In this document: positions 27,201-40,677 of the stretch, piece after piece
Numbering within the stretch: the first letter of the stretch is position 1
Layout of the letters: every line of letters begins with the position of its first letter
Source of the DNA: Amoebidium appalachense
Lineage: Eukaryota; Protista; Ichthyosporea
Assembly: GCA_963693365.1 (NCBI GenBank)
Contig: CAVNZM010000013.1
Coordinates: 9,056,315-9,120,314 of the forward strand
Length of the DNA stretch: 64,000 nucleotides
Reading direction: 5' to 3'
Position numbers and translations under genes: made by a program
The notes under the pieces: generated by a model
What the model saw: the letters and a program-made list of their open reading frames with translations, nothing else
What the model was told of the DNA's origin: nothing
The model's database searches: none

Positions 27201-30200
27201 TGCACACACACACTGCTTTGTAGGAGCATGCACACACACACTGCTTTGCAGGAGTATGCACACACACCGATTCACTGTTGCCGTGTGCAGGTGTGCACGG
27301 AGGCAATGCAGGGGGCAGGGGGCAGTGAGGACCTTGTGGGGCTGCTGCCCGACCACCTGTACAGCACCTACACCCACCTGGCCGCATGCATCCGCGCACA
27401 CGGTGGGTCATGATGGGGCATACTGGGTGGGCTGTGTGGATGGTGGCAGGGAGTGTAGACAGGTGGGCTGCAACCGTGCCATGGTTTCACTGGGGCATAG
27501 CCTAACCCTTAGGGTGATCTTGGTGGCCACACACTAAATGCACTCAACATGGGGCAAACACCCACACACACCCACACACACCCATATCCACCTATACCCA
27601 CCCACCCACCCACCCCCCCACACGCACACGCACCCACACGCGCACACGCACACGCACACCCACACACGCTCGTGTGCACGCACGCACGCACACTTGCATG
27701 CACACACGTATACATGCACACATGCACACTCGCACGCGAAGCCGTGCACAAACGCACAAGCACCCAAACACGCGAACACACAGATACACAGACATACCTG
27801 ACACGCACAAATTTGCGCGTGTGCACATAACCTATACAGCCACACACAAATGCACATGTATACATACATGCACACCCACACATGGCTGGCTGCTCACTGT
27901 GGTGTTGCTGGTGCCTGTCTCACACTGGGCCGTCACAGACCTAGCAGCCACGGTCAGCATCCAGGGCAGTGCGGCAGACGCCAGGGCATACAGCCAGGCA
28001 GGGCGGGTACAGTACATGCACACACACACATGGGGGCAATGTCTGCATGCATGCATACCCACACATGCACAGGCCGATGGGCCCCTGTGCACACCAGTCA
28101 GGGAAGCACCCACCCGAACGCATGCACATGCACACCTACCTGCCTGCATCCTCGTCCTTCTACCTAAGAACCCCTATCCTTATCAGTGGGCTTGCTGGAA
28201 GGCATGTGGCCCTGGCATGGTTGAGAGCCAGTGCGAGCCACCCTGTTGATTTGCTGCATGGTGGCCCAATGGGGCTGGGCTATTTGCTGGGGGGCAAGGT
28301 GCTGACCCCCACCTGCAGGAGCTAAACCCAACAAAGGCCGATATGATCAAGCCCTTCCCTCTGTCCGTCGACATCGCCCTTAGAGCCTCAGGTACCCCCC
28401 ATTCATTGCACACACATACGTGCAGGCCCTGTTGGCAGCTACATAAATGATGGTGCCTAGTGATTTAAGAGCCTCTGTTCCGTCTCCCTGTGGGCAGGTT
28501 GTGGGGCCGAGCATTTGCCTTGGCTTGCTCAGAGCATGTTGCTTTTTTTGGGCTCCCTGGCAGTGGTGTGTCATACACACGTGCAGACATGTATACATGC
28601 ACACATACACACGTGCACACATCTATACATGCACACATGCACACATGCACACATGCACACATGTATACATGTATACATACACACATGCATACATGTATAC
28701 ATGCACACATGCACACATACACACATGCACACGTGCACACATGTATACATGCACACATGCACACATGCACACATGTATACATGTATACATGCACACATGC
28801 ACACATGCACACATGTATACATGCACACATTTACACGTGCACACATGCACACATACACACATGCACACGTGCACACATGTATACATACACACATGCACAC
28901 GTGCACACATGCACACATGCACACATGCACAGGTGCACATGTTCACACATGCACACACACACATGCACACACACACATGCACACACACATGCGCACCAGC
29001 ACACGTGCACACATGCGCACATGCACACATGCACACACATGCACACGTGCATGCAAGCAGACATGAACGCATGCACACGTGTACAGATATTTATATCCAA
29101 TCTGTTCATGTACCCCATGCATGTGAGCCATCAGCCATGCACCCCCTGACCCCCCCATCTCCCCAGGGCACCAGGTGGTGCTGCACGTGCAGTATTTGCC
29201 GCACCTAGACGTGCTGGTGGTGGGGGGCAAGGACACGCTGAGGGATGGCCGGGCAGCCAGCCTGGTGCCGTCCCACTGGGCCACCAGTGCGCTGCTGGAC
29301 GAGGTCTACCCCGACGACAGGGGCAGGCGCCTGCCCTTCGATGCAAAGGTCGTGGCCGACAGCCTGGACACTGTGGGGTAGGCCTGTGTGTGTGCATGTG
29401 TGTGTGTGTGTGTGTGTGCCCTTGTGTGCATGCGTGTGCGCGCATGTGTGGGTGCGGGTGCGGGTGCGGGTGCGGGTGTCCTTACGTGCATGCGTGATTT
29501 GTGTGTGCGTGCCTTTATGCATGCATGTGTGTGTGTGTGTGCGTTCATGCATGTGTGTGTGTGTGTGTGTGCATGCGCGTGTACATCAGTGCGGATTCAT
29601 GGATTGAGGGAGACTGAGAGCGAGAGAGTGGGGAAGCCAGATCATAAACAAACAGGCTCGGGTGTGCATATGTGTCTCTCTCCTAATTGGGTGTCTGTGG
29701 ATGTTTGTGAGTGAGTGATTAGGGGCTAGCCAGGTAGCTTGTTAAGCGGGGAATGAGGCAGCCGGTTGATGTAAGCAGAAAGGATGGGAAGGATTTCATG
29801 GCAGGCTGGGGTTGTGATGGCAAGTGTGGCTGACAGAGAAGGGGTTTTGCTAAATGGTTTGTGCCTTCCTACACCAACATCCGCCCCTGGTCCCTCCCAC
29901 TTTGTGCTCTATACCGTTCTTAACCCCCTTTTTAGCGTCTATGGCAGGCTCTCTTTCAATTCTAGTTCCGCTGGTTTCTCTGATTGCACGTTTTCTGTGC
30001 TTGGCTTGATGCCTCGGCCCTAATGCACGGCCCAGGGCCAGTGTGGATGACGTCATCAAGAGCACAGGCGGCCGACCCTACTGCTGGGCCCAGTGGCTGG
30101 CCGGCCCAGACATGGTGCACAGGCAGACGGTAGGGGCACACAGGCACGTGCAGGCACATGTAGGCATATGCAGCACACACAGGCACATGTAGGCACATGT

Positions 30201-31119
30201 AGACACGCGCAGGGGCACACAGGCACACAGGCACATACAGGCACATGTTGTCATGCAGGCACACGCAGGCACACACAGGCACATGCAGGCACATGCAGGT
30301 ACACACAGGGGCGCACATGCACACTTTGTCATTCAGGCACGTGCAGACACATGCAGGCACATGCATGCACACCCAGGGGCACACAGGCACACAGGCACAC
30401 AGGCACATGCAGGCACATGCAGATACACGCAAGGGCGCACATGCACATGTTTTCATTAAGGCACGTGCAGACACATGCTGCACACGCAAGGGCACACTGT
30501 TTGTTTTTTCGCTGGTTCTCCCTAATACTCTTACTTGTTAGATCTGCTGGGAAGTTGTGCATGTGTGGATGTCACTGTGTATAAATGTAGCTTGCACAGT
30601 TGCACTTGGTTTGATGAATAGAGGCCCACCTAGCCCCTTGGTTCCCTTCGCTGTTCTTTGCAATCACTTTTATCCAGCCCCTGTCCCGACATTGCTTTCC
30701 GTGCTCCCTCCATTCTAATGTTTGCATGCATTCCAGACAGCTATCTTTCAACTGACCTCACCCCTCTCCTCCCACCATACAAGGTTTACACCCTACACGA
30801 GCACATGCACACACACACATTCGCACAGTCACGCATGAGCGTGTACACACAGCCACACCTACCCCGATCCCCGCACGTACACTCCACCCATTTCACCACG
30901 TGCGCATGCACAGGGACGGCCCGTGACGATGAGTGACACGGCACACCGGCAGCACGTGCAGCAGGTGCCAGCAATGGTGCAAAGGCGCATGGAGGCCCTC
31001 AGTGCCCTCTACCGCCAGCTGGCCGCCATGGGTAGGTGGGGGGTGCAAGTGTGCCTTGATGGGTGCATGTATGTGCTTCTCCTTTTTTTTTGGGGGGGGG
31101 GGGGTGGGAGAGGAGAGGT

Positions 31120-31172
<53 letters not shown>

Positions 31173-32193
31173 GGGCATGGGGCGTGTATGCACTGGGCGC
31201 TGTTTGTCGATGAACTGTGTGGGTGGGCCCGGTGCTGGCAGCCACAGCAAGAACCATTGCGGCACTTGCCTGATGGGCATAATGGGCACAAAGCAGATGC
31301 CTGGAAGAAATGAGGGGGTTGAGGTTGTACTCACACGATGATAATGCGTTATGGTTGTGCATGGTGTGATTTTGTAGTCACGAAAGTTCTGTTTTATTGA
31401 CCTGCTTATATAATGGTGTGGCCATGCCTCCCCACACAACAAACAATGCTGACATGCCAGCACAACAACCCACGGACAAGAGCACGAGGAAGTATGATTG
31501 CTCACACACTCACAGGCACATACACACACACACATGTACCGACGCACACCCACACCTGCAGGAACTTGTAGCCACGCACAGCTGCACCTACCCACACAGG
31601 CAAGCACACGTAAAGGCACTTCGGCACACATGCCCACACCCGCACCATTATACACTTGCGAACGCACGCTGGGCAGCCCCACACCCCCCATTAACACATA
31701 TGATATGCCACCACGCAGACCCACCCACAACACACACACACACATACACACATGCACACACAACCCACACCACACACAATATACCCTCCTACGCCACACC
31801 CACACACATACACACCCACCCACCCACCCACCCACCCACATACCCACTCACCCACATACCCACACACTCCACACTCCCCACACATAGGCCCATGCATACC
31901 CATCACACACACGCACACACACCAACCCCACACACACACGCACACATACATTCACACAAACCACAACCACATACCCACACACACATACCCCCCCCCCCCC
32001 CCCCACCCACCCACCCACCCACCCACCCACCCACCCACCCACCCACCCACCCACGCACACACATACATGTACAGCCGGCCATCAGCTCGATTTCGGACCT
32101 CTGGCCCAGGCACGACTCAAGGAGCTCTTCCCCCTCAAATCCAACTCAACTCTCAACAAATTTTCTCTCCTGTCAGATGTATGCCCCTTTCCA

Positions 32194-32224
<31 letters not shown>

Positions 32225-32522
32225 ATTTTTCTTGCTTCTGCTGACTGCTGCAACTCTAATCCCCGGTCTTTCCGCCCTTGCCTGTTGCCTGTTCGCATAA
32301 GTAGCCCTGCTCGTCTCTGATCAAGACGTGTGCCACCCATGTACAAACAGTGTCTGAGTTGGGTATCGTCGACGAGGTAAATCGGCCGAAATTCGGGTAC
32401 TGTTCATGACGTGGGCCCCTTTTTGAGAATGGGCTCTGTTTATTTTGCATATTCTTTGTGTGCGGTTTGCACTCTGCATTGTGTTGTCCGTTCTGAATAT
32501 GTACTTCGGACGTTATGGCCCT

Positions 32523-32553
<31 letters not shown>

Positions 32554-35500
32554 TTCTCCCCCTCCCCCCTTCCCCTCCCAACCTTCCCCGCCATGGCCAT
32601 ATGCTTAGCCGTTAAAGTACAGAATAGTCAGGGAACCACACACCCCAAAGCAAAAGGGTTGAAACCCGTTCTTTTGTACAAAATGACCACTGGTATAGGT
32701 GGCCCTACATATTGTCTGCCTTTTGAATTGAGTTGGTTGGTCTGGGTTTTGTTCAAGTGGCTTTTGCTTTGTTTGGCTCGCAGCTTGCCACCCCCCCCCC
32801 CCTCCCCCCCGAGAGGATCAGTAATGCAAGCCAAAACCTAAAAATAGTGAAGGCCAATGATGCATACATACGTTTTGGACAGAGAGTGCTAACGATTCAA
32901 ACCAAGCCAAAATCAAACAGGGGGAACCAAAGAAGCAAGCCGAACGCATCAGGCTGCTATGCCATAGATGTCTGTTGCTTCTCATGGTGCCCTTGTGCAT
33001 GCGGGTGTCCTGACGGTGTGGGGGCAGAAACACAGCCTGGAGTTCAGCGGCTATCTGGCAAATGGCGACTGTAAGTGCCAACCAATCAGACTGCACTGAG
33101 AAGGGTGTGCAAGCGTGTAATGTAGGGAGGCGGGGGGGGGGGGGGGGGGGGGGGGGGGAGAGAGAGAGAGAGAGAAGGAGGGAGGGGGGAGGCGGGGAGT
33201 GGGGGAGTAGGGGAGCGGGGGGAGAGGGTGGGGGAAGGAGAGAGAGAGGCCCTGGGGAGAAGGAAAGAAAAAGAGAAAGAGAAAGAGAGCGAGGGGGGGA
33301 GAGAGGGGGAGAGAGGCAGAGAGAGAGGGGGGAGAGAGAGAGGGGGGGGGGGGAGGGGGGGGGGAGAAAGAGAAAGAGGGAGGGAAAGGCGGGGGGAAAG
33401 CTAGGGAGGGGGGGCAGGGGGGGCTTAGAGAGGGGGGGAGGGAGGGGGGGAGGGAAAGAGGGGAGAGGGGGGGTTGAGGTGGGGTGAACGGGGGGGAGGG
33501 GGGGGGGGGGGGGGGAGGGGAAGCGGGAGGGGGAGCGGGAGGGGGAGGGAGGGGGAAAGAAGGGGAGGAGAGAGAAGGTGGGGAGGAAGGGGGAGGGAAG
33601 TAGGGGGGCACCCCCAAGGGGTGAGTTCTTGGTGGGAGTTGGGGAGGGGGATGAATGGGGGGAGGGTAGCATGAGTTGCAGGGAGGGAAGGCCAAGGAGT
33701 GCATGGCATATACCAAGGGCTGCCGGTAGCAGAAACAGACAGCTGGCCCTGCATGCCGCCAGCACACATGCACACATGCACACATGCACACATGCACACA
33801 TGCACACATGCACACATAAACACATAAACACATAAACACATAAACACATAAACACATGCACACATGCACACATGCACACATGCACACATGCACACACACT
33901 GGCACACCTGCATGGTGCCTTCCCTTTACCCGATTCACCCACCATGCCACCTATGGCGCCTGTGCATGTCTGTGCCCTTCCAGCTCACCGCAGCCCCCCA
34001 GACGAGCTGGAGCTGCGCATCAAGGTGCCCATCGACTATCCGAATCGCCTGCCCGAGTACTCCCTCAGCCTCAGAAAGGGCGTGGCTGAGGGCGACACAC
34101 CGTGGTGCCTCAGGGTAGGTTGCCTCCCATGCACACACATAGGCTCAGGGTAGGTTGCCTCCCATGCACACACATAGGCTCAGGGTAGGTTGCCTCCCAT
34201 GCACACACATAGGCTCAGGTAGGTTGCCTCCCCATGCACACACATAGGCTCAGGATAGGTTGCCTCCCATGCACACACATAGGCTCAGGATAGGTTGCCT
34301 CCCATGCACACACATAGGCTCAGGATAGGTTGCCTCCCATGCACACACATAGGCTCAGGATAGGTTGCCTCCCCATGCACACACATAGGCTTAGTGCAGG
34401 TTGCCTCCCCATGCACACACATAGGCTTAGTGTAGGTTAAGCCCCATGCACACACATAGGCTTAGAGTAAGTTACCCCCCATGCACACACATAGGCTTAT
34501 CGTAGGCTACGTCACATGCACACACATTTTTTAAGTAGGATACTCACCCATGCACACACACCTTGGTGCCTCAGGGTATGACCCCCCCCCCCCCCCCCCC
34601 CTCCCCTCCCCTCACCCACCCCCTCATTCCCCCACTCACACACACACGCACATAGGCCTAGGCAATGATATGATGCCAAACCTTCGGCCCCTGACCCACA
34701 CAACCAGCAACGTCAGAGTATAGCCCTGTATCCCCACCCATGCACACACACACGATGGTATGCCTCTGAAACCAGAGGTAGTGTGCTTTTTGTTACGTTT
34801 TCTTTTTTTGTGTTAACACATTCTTACCGCCCCTCCCCCCCACCCCCTCCCCCCCCTCCCCCCACCCAAACACCCCCTCCCCCCCCCCCCCCCCCCCCCC
34901 CCCCAGCACATGGAGCACGAGGTCAACACAGCACATGGCCTGGCCTGGGACCCACCCTCCCGCAACTACATCCTGACCCTGCAGATGCAGCGCCTACAGG
35001 TGCGTGTGTGGATACTAGCCAATCACAGGATATGGTGTGTGTGGGAGTGGCTGGCAGGCCAATGCGGAATTATGTAGAGCTTCTCTGGTGGGACAGGCGG
35101 TGGAGGTGATGGTTTGGGATTTGCGGAGAGGGGGGCGGAGAACAGTCGGGAGCGGTGGTTGTTAGCAGGGGGGCACAAGGGCGCAGGTTGCAGGTGGGGC
35201 CTTGGTGCAGGTAGCACGGTGCCACGTGTCGGCAGAAAGGCAGCCGTGGGCCCGTGAATAGAATCATGCACATGCATGTGGCTGCAATCATGCAAGTGCA
35301 CGTGAATAGATACATATGCCTGCAGGTGAACACCATCATGCGTATTCCGAATACAGTCATCGCAAGTGCACATGAATACATTTATAGACAACCGGTGTAC
35401 ACGTGGATACAATCATACACATGCCCTGGACACGTGAATACAATCAGACACATGCCCTGGACACGTGAATACAATCAGACACATGCCCTGGACACGTGAA

Positions 35501-36358
35501 TACAATCAGACACATGCCCTGGACACGTGAATACAATCAGACACATGCCCTGGACACGTGAATACAATCAGACACATGCCCTGGACACGTGAATACAATC
35601 ATACGTGAATACAATCAGACACTTGCCCTGGACACGTGAATACAATCATCCACATGCTGTGGACACGTGAATACAATGATACACATGCTGTGGACACGTG
35701 AATACAATCATCCACATGCTGTGGACACGTGAATACAATCATACACATGCTGTGGACACGTGAATACAATCAGACACATGCCCTGGACACGTGAGTACAA
35801 TCATACACACGCCCTGGACATGTGAGTACAATCATACACATGCCCTGGACATGTGAGTACAATCATGCGCACGGCAAACAAATCCGTGGGCACACATTCG
35901 TTCACCCCGCAATTGCCAGACACAAGCACACGCACACACATCTGCCTACACGATGAGCCTTTTTTTAGTCTAAAGCGTACTGCTCCGCCGATTCTAACAT
36001 GGAAATGGGGGAATGGCACTCGAGGCCCTTTGGCTTGTGGGCATATCTAGTGTTGAGGGGGTGTCCCCACGGCAGATTGTACGCAAATTAAATGCTTAGT
36101 TGCAAGTCGACCCTGCAGCAGCAGTCACACACGCGCGCACAGGCACCACCACACGGACATATGCATACATGGGCACAAACACACACACCGAAAACACACC
36201 ATCTGCACACTGCAAGGCGCCAGCATAAGCTGCCGCCATAGCATGCCTCATACGTGCGTGCCCCCATCCAGGAGGTGTTCGATGCCTATGTACGCATAGT
36301 CCAGGCCACAGTCGATGACTCCGTCCTGGGCCGCCTGTATGAGCGCCGCACGAAGTAA
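21684..36358 (+). CDS. THOC5: THO complex subunit 5 (FMIP family), ~17 exons
   Basis: Exons 21684-21689 (tentative), 22921-23094, 23917-24015, 24632-24744, 25136-25291, 25834-25948, 27291-27402, 27939-28006, 28319-28391, 29167-29377, 30036-30129, 30914-31031, 32075-32178, 33028-33070, 34002-34114, 34907-34999, 36272-36358. Collinear with remembered THOC5 motifs: ELRRLNR, PHELMLKRLEHE, LPDHLY, VSIQGS, FPLSV, YPDDRG, GRPYCWAQWLAG, MEHEVN, LQMQRLQ, FDAY. Confidence 0.85.
23229..23654 (+). mobile_element. Poly-C-flanked structured repeat, subfamily B
   Basis: Near-identical to 36649-37082; same 3' end (cgcattcaa + poly-C). Confidence 0.75.
24257..24361 (+). mobile_element. 5'-truncated 105-bp copy of subfamily A repeat
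   Basis: Matches 5085-5189; C tracts on both sides. Confidence 0.75.
25373..25786. repeat. Two ~28-30-bp intronic minisatellites
   Basis: aaggtgcccatttttctatcccatgtta x~5; gtagcagctgattggagggttgggctgt x~4.5. Confidence 0.85.
25968..27267. repeat. Intronic tandem arrays (42-bp x3, then 28-bp x~41)
   Basis: Main unit cacacacacactgctttgt(a/c)(g/c)gagcatg, head-to-tail with no spacers. Confidence 0.95.
32225..32524 (+). mobile_element. Poly-C-flanked structured repeat, diverged subfamily C
   Basis: Aligns to 4886-5180 with many substitutions that preserve the stems; poly-C on both sides. Confidence 0.7.
34109..34510. repeat. ~35-bp minisatellite starting at a THOC5 splice donor (~11 copies)
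   Basis: ctcagggtaggttgcctcccatgcacacacatagg repeated, decaying distally. Confidence 0.9.
35399..35865. repeat. 31-bp minisatellite
   Basis: atgccctggacacgtgaatacaatcagacac x~14. Confidence 0.9.
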
Positions 36359-36386
36359 CATGCCCCCCCCCCCCCCCCCCCCCCCC

Positions 36387-37082
36387 ACGGGTTGACCCAC
36401 CCAAGTTCAGTTGATGCTGCTGTCTGAGTTGGAGCGTCGTATATACGCTGGCTAAGGGGTCGAAACTCAGACGCAATTGATGACTTGGGCCCTCCCTGAG
36501 GATGGGCTCTGCTTATGACGCATACTGTGCGCATGGCTGATGCTGCATACTTGAATGTTTGCCTTTGCATGTGTCCTGCACCATGCTTCTCATCGTCTAT
36601 GCGTACTTCGTACTGTGTTCCGCATTCAAACCCCCCCTGTCTTCTTTCAGAGGTGTCCTTTCAGGACAGACCACTGTGTGGAGACATCTTTACTTCCATG
36701 CAACCGGGCATGGTTGCTCTGTGTCGTGCATCTGTAAGCACATACGCGTTTGTCGCTGCACTGCATTAGTTTGCACACACATCTTCACCGTTTTGCTCAC
36801 CTTGCTTGCATAAGCAACCCTGCTCGTCTTTGATCAAGACGGGTTGACCCACCCAAGTTCAGTTGATGCTGCTGTCTGAGTTGGAGCGTCGTATATACGC
36901 TGGCTAAGGGGTCGAAACTCAGACGCAATTGATGACTTGGGCCCTCCCTGAGGATGGGCTCTGCTTATGACGCATACTGTGCGCATGGCTGATGCTGCAT
37001 ACTTGAATGTTTGCCTTTGCATGTGTCCTGCACCATGCTTCTCATCGTCTATGCGTACTTCGTACTGTGTTCCGCATTCAAA
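36387..37082 (+). mobile_element. Two head-to-tail copies of subfamily B repeat just downstream of the THOC5 stop
   Basis: 36387-36630 (more truncated) and 36638-37082, separated by C7, with identical 3' parts. Confidence 0.75.
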
Positions 37083-37623
37083 CCCCCCCCCTCCCGGCCT
37101 GCGCAGCCGCCGCCGCCGCGGAGGAAAAAGAATAAAGAAAGGAAGGGAGAGAGGGGAGGGGAGGCGAGGGGTGGGGTGGGGGAAGAAGAGTAGAGAGGTA
37201 GGGTAGGGAAGACAAACACGCCTACTTCAGCTGCCCTTTGTGGCTGCATCTGACTTTTGCGCCGCTGGTGCATAATCGCAACTGCACACAAACATGCATG
37301 CCTGCAGCGGTGTGGGCGTACGCAAGTGCATGTATGTCGACATACATGGCCTTGTGCATGACCAGGGCTCAAATATGGCGCAAAGTAATTGACTGATAGG
37401 GCAGCCAACGAAATGGGGCCACAATGATAGAGAGCAAGAATCCTCAGCCTAGAATTTTCATAGCGCAAGCCAAGGCCTAGGAGGTTCGGTGCGGCCATGG
37501 CGAGGTGCAGGCCCTTCAGTGCTGCCCGTGGCCCCCAGGGCCATGCTGTGTGCTGACAGACCACCGCTTGCAGGGGCAGAGACAGGCGCATGCCTACAAG
37601 ATTCAGCCACCAGCTGCGGCAGT

Positions 37624-37886
37624 ATGTGTTTGACCAATAGCCTGTTGGGCCGACATGTGTTTGACCAATAGCCTGCTGGGCCGACATGTGTGTGACCAAT
37701 AGCCTGCTGGGCCGACATGTGTTTGACCAATAGCCTGCTGGGCCGACATGTGTTTGACCAATAGCCTGCTGGGCCGACATGTGTTTGACCAATAGCCTGC
37801 TGGGCCGACATGTGTTTGACCAATGGCCTGCTGGCCCGACGTGTGTTTGACCAATAGCCTGCTGGGCCGACATGCGTTTGACCAAT
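37624..37886. repeat. 31-bp minisatellite (~8.5 copies)
   Basis: catgtgtttgaccaatagcctgctgggccga in tandem. Confidence 0.92.
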
Positions 37887-38791
37887 GGCGTGCTGGCTGC
37901 GTGCCAGGCACATGAAGGAATTTAGGTCACGTGACACACCCCGAAGGCACCTGCATGAAGTATTCGACAGATGGACGAATTCAACCACACGTATGTTTTT
38001 AGCACATCATGGGGCGGGATAGCGAAAAACCTGGAACACCACCAGGATTCAAAATGATCTTTGGGCATATCCACAAGTAATTGCTGCATCAGAATGGGGT
38101 TTTCATACAGTTTCGCACGTAGCCGAACGACAATTATCAGGCACAAAGGCAATATGAAAGTCGGTATATTTCATTCATGTGTATGATGGCTCTTCTACAC
38201 ACCACGTCTACTCATCATAACACACACCTTTATAGGGTCGATACAAACTTACATCATCTCTCCTATTGGACTACTGCAACCACTGTACCGTGAATGCAGA
38301 CATTTCCAGCACATACTTGTCCCATTCATGCACACCTTTCACCACCCACTTGTCTCCTGCATGCACACCTATCACCACCTACTTGTCCCATGCATGCACA
38401 CCTATCACCTCCTAAATACACCAACTTGTCCCCTGTGACACCTGCATGCACACCTACTTCTACTTGTCCCCTATATTCACACCTACTTCTACTTGTCCCT
38501 TGCGCGCACACCTATACCCTCAGTACACCCACTTGTGCCCTGCAGCCTATCACCACCCCAATACACGTACTTGTCCCTTGCAAAATATCACCACCTATGT
38601 ACACCTACCTGTCCCCTACATGCACACATATTATCACCCCAGTATGCCCACTTGTCCCAGGGCCTGCACGCACAGCCATTACCACCCCAGCACTTGTTCC
38701 CTGCGCGCACACCCAATTACCACCCCAGCACATGCACTTCTACTTGTTGTCTGCACACACACCTATTACCACCGCATATTCAGAGCACCGC

Positions 38792-39616
38792 CTACGCCTG
38801 GCCGACTCTCACCACGTAGGCATGCAACGCCTCAGCCAGCCTGCCCCCGTAGTCTCTCCAGGCCGCTGCATCAGCCCTCCAGTGCCGGGGGGTCTCGATC
38901 TGCACTGCCACACAGCCCTCCACCTGCCCGTAGGTCATCACCGTGTGTGCACCCCAGAAATATGTCTCGTTCTCGCCGGGCGCCGGGTTGGACGGTGACG
39001 GTAGGCACGGACAGGCCCTGGCCTCCAGCAGTGCGCCGAGGCTGTTGGTGCCGCGCACCCAGTCGCCAAACTCGGCCATGGCCATGCCTGGCCTGCGCAG
39101 GAACAGGGTCCTCAGGCTGCTGCCGAGGGCCGTGTCGGGGTGCCAGTCACTGGTGCTGGTGCGCAGGGCCGGTGTTTTGACATAGTACCCAAGCTCACAC
39201 GTGTGTGGCCGGTGACTCTGCCCATGGATGTCGAACAGAAAAACAATGGGGGCTGTTTGGAGCTCTTTCCTGATAGCACTTGCAATCACCCCGTGGTACG
39301 TGTCGTGTGCAGACAGGCTGAGCTCACAGTCCGGGTGGGTGGCCGTGTGCCGTGGGCGGTTGGGGTCCAGCTTGGTGCGGTCCAGCAGCGACACCACAAA
39401 GTGCGGCCTCAGTGTCTGTGCCCCCACCCGGCCAGGCCCAGGACCGGCCTGGCTGCTGAGCTCCACAAGGCGCTCGTACACGGCATAGGCCAGGCCCAGC
39501 GAGTTGTCGTCTCCCTCCAGGCACCCTGACCTGCAGCCCCACAGTCAGACTAGCACTCGCACACACCATCCTTCAGTACCTTCCCGTCCACGAGTGTGTA
39601 TGTGCACACTGTGGTG

Positions 39617-39674
<58 letters not shown>

Positions 39675-39763
39675 GTGCTCCTGTGCACGCACATACAGGG
39701 AAAAGGTGTGTGTGTGTGTGTGGGGTGGAGGGAGGGGAGGGAGAGAGACCCTCATCAACCTGC

Positions 39764-39798
<35 letters not shown>

Positions 39799-40677
39799 TG
39801 TGTGTGTGTGTGTGTGTATCTGCGTCTGTGTGTGCACGCACAAAGGGAAAAAAAAAACTGCAGGTGTTTTATTTCTTCCCCCCCCCCCCCCCCTCCCCCC
39901 CTTTAAGTCTTTTCTTTCCTTCTTTTTCTTTTTTCTTTCTTTCTTTCTTTCTTTTTTTTTTTTTTTTTTTTTTTGGGGGGGGGGGGGGGGGAGGGGGGGG
40001 GGGGGAAGAAGGTAGCTAAGAGTGCGTTACAGAGAATAAAAGTACACATTCGAGGGGGAATAGCGAGGGGACAGGACTGGCATTGTGTCGCGGGGAAAAG
40101 CACGGGGATGTGGCAAAAGCAAACGGAAGGGCACGGCAGTTTGGTGGTGCATGAACAATCGTGTGCCTGTTGGCATGAAAGCCAATCACAATACAATATA
40201 CAAGTTAATCATACAAACCAATCCACCGCTGATAATAAGCTAACAAATATACAAGCAAGTGCACTGCTTGCGTGAGGCCAGTGGAGGAGGTGACAGTGGG
40301 AGGGCGTTGGTAGGTTGCCACGGGGTGGGGTGGTGGGCTAGAGGAGGAGGTATACAGGTAACAACGGAAAGGCAGCACGACTGAAACGAGTCACTGAGTA
40401 GTAAAGTTTTGAAAAGGAAAGGAGAAGGGTGAAGAAAAAGGGGTCATCCCATATAAGAAGGGAGACACAGCCTAGTGACTCAACCTGGTAGCCATGGGGT
40501 GGGGATGGTGCGGCGGGCAGTTAAAGAGGAAGGAGAGACCACACACGTTCTGTCAAGGGATGCTGCTGGTTTCTCCAAGCCCCCGTGAGGCACAGACAAG
40601 ATGACGGGCAGGTTGCCAGCCCGATACTCCACCCAGGGACTCTCCCCTGTAAGTAGGGTGGCGGTGAAGACCAACAT
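38792..40677 (-). CDS. N-formylglutamate amidohydrolase-family (FGase-like) Zn hydrolase; start uncertain
   Basis: Exons ~40677-40547 and 39530-38792 join in frame through a GT-AG intron. Motifs [43 protein letters not shown]. Confidence 0.85.

Noticed and set aside
25807-27413. 500-aa Cys-rich repeat ORFs or a CRISPR-like array
   Set aside because: A head-to-tail 28-bp minisatellite with no unique spacers, inside a THOC5 intron; no cas genes present.
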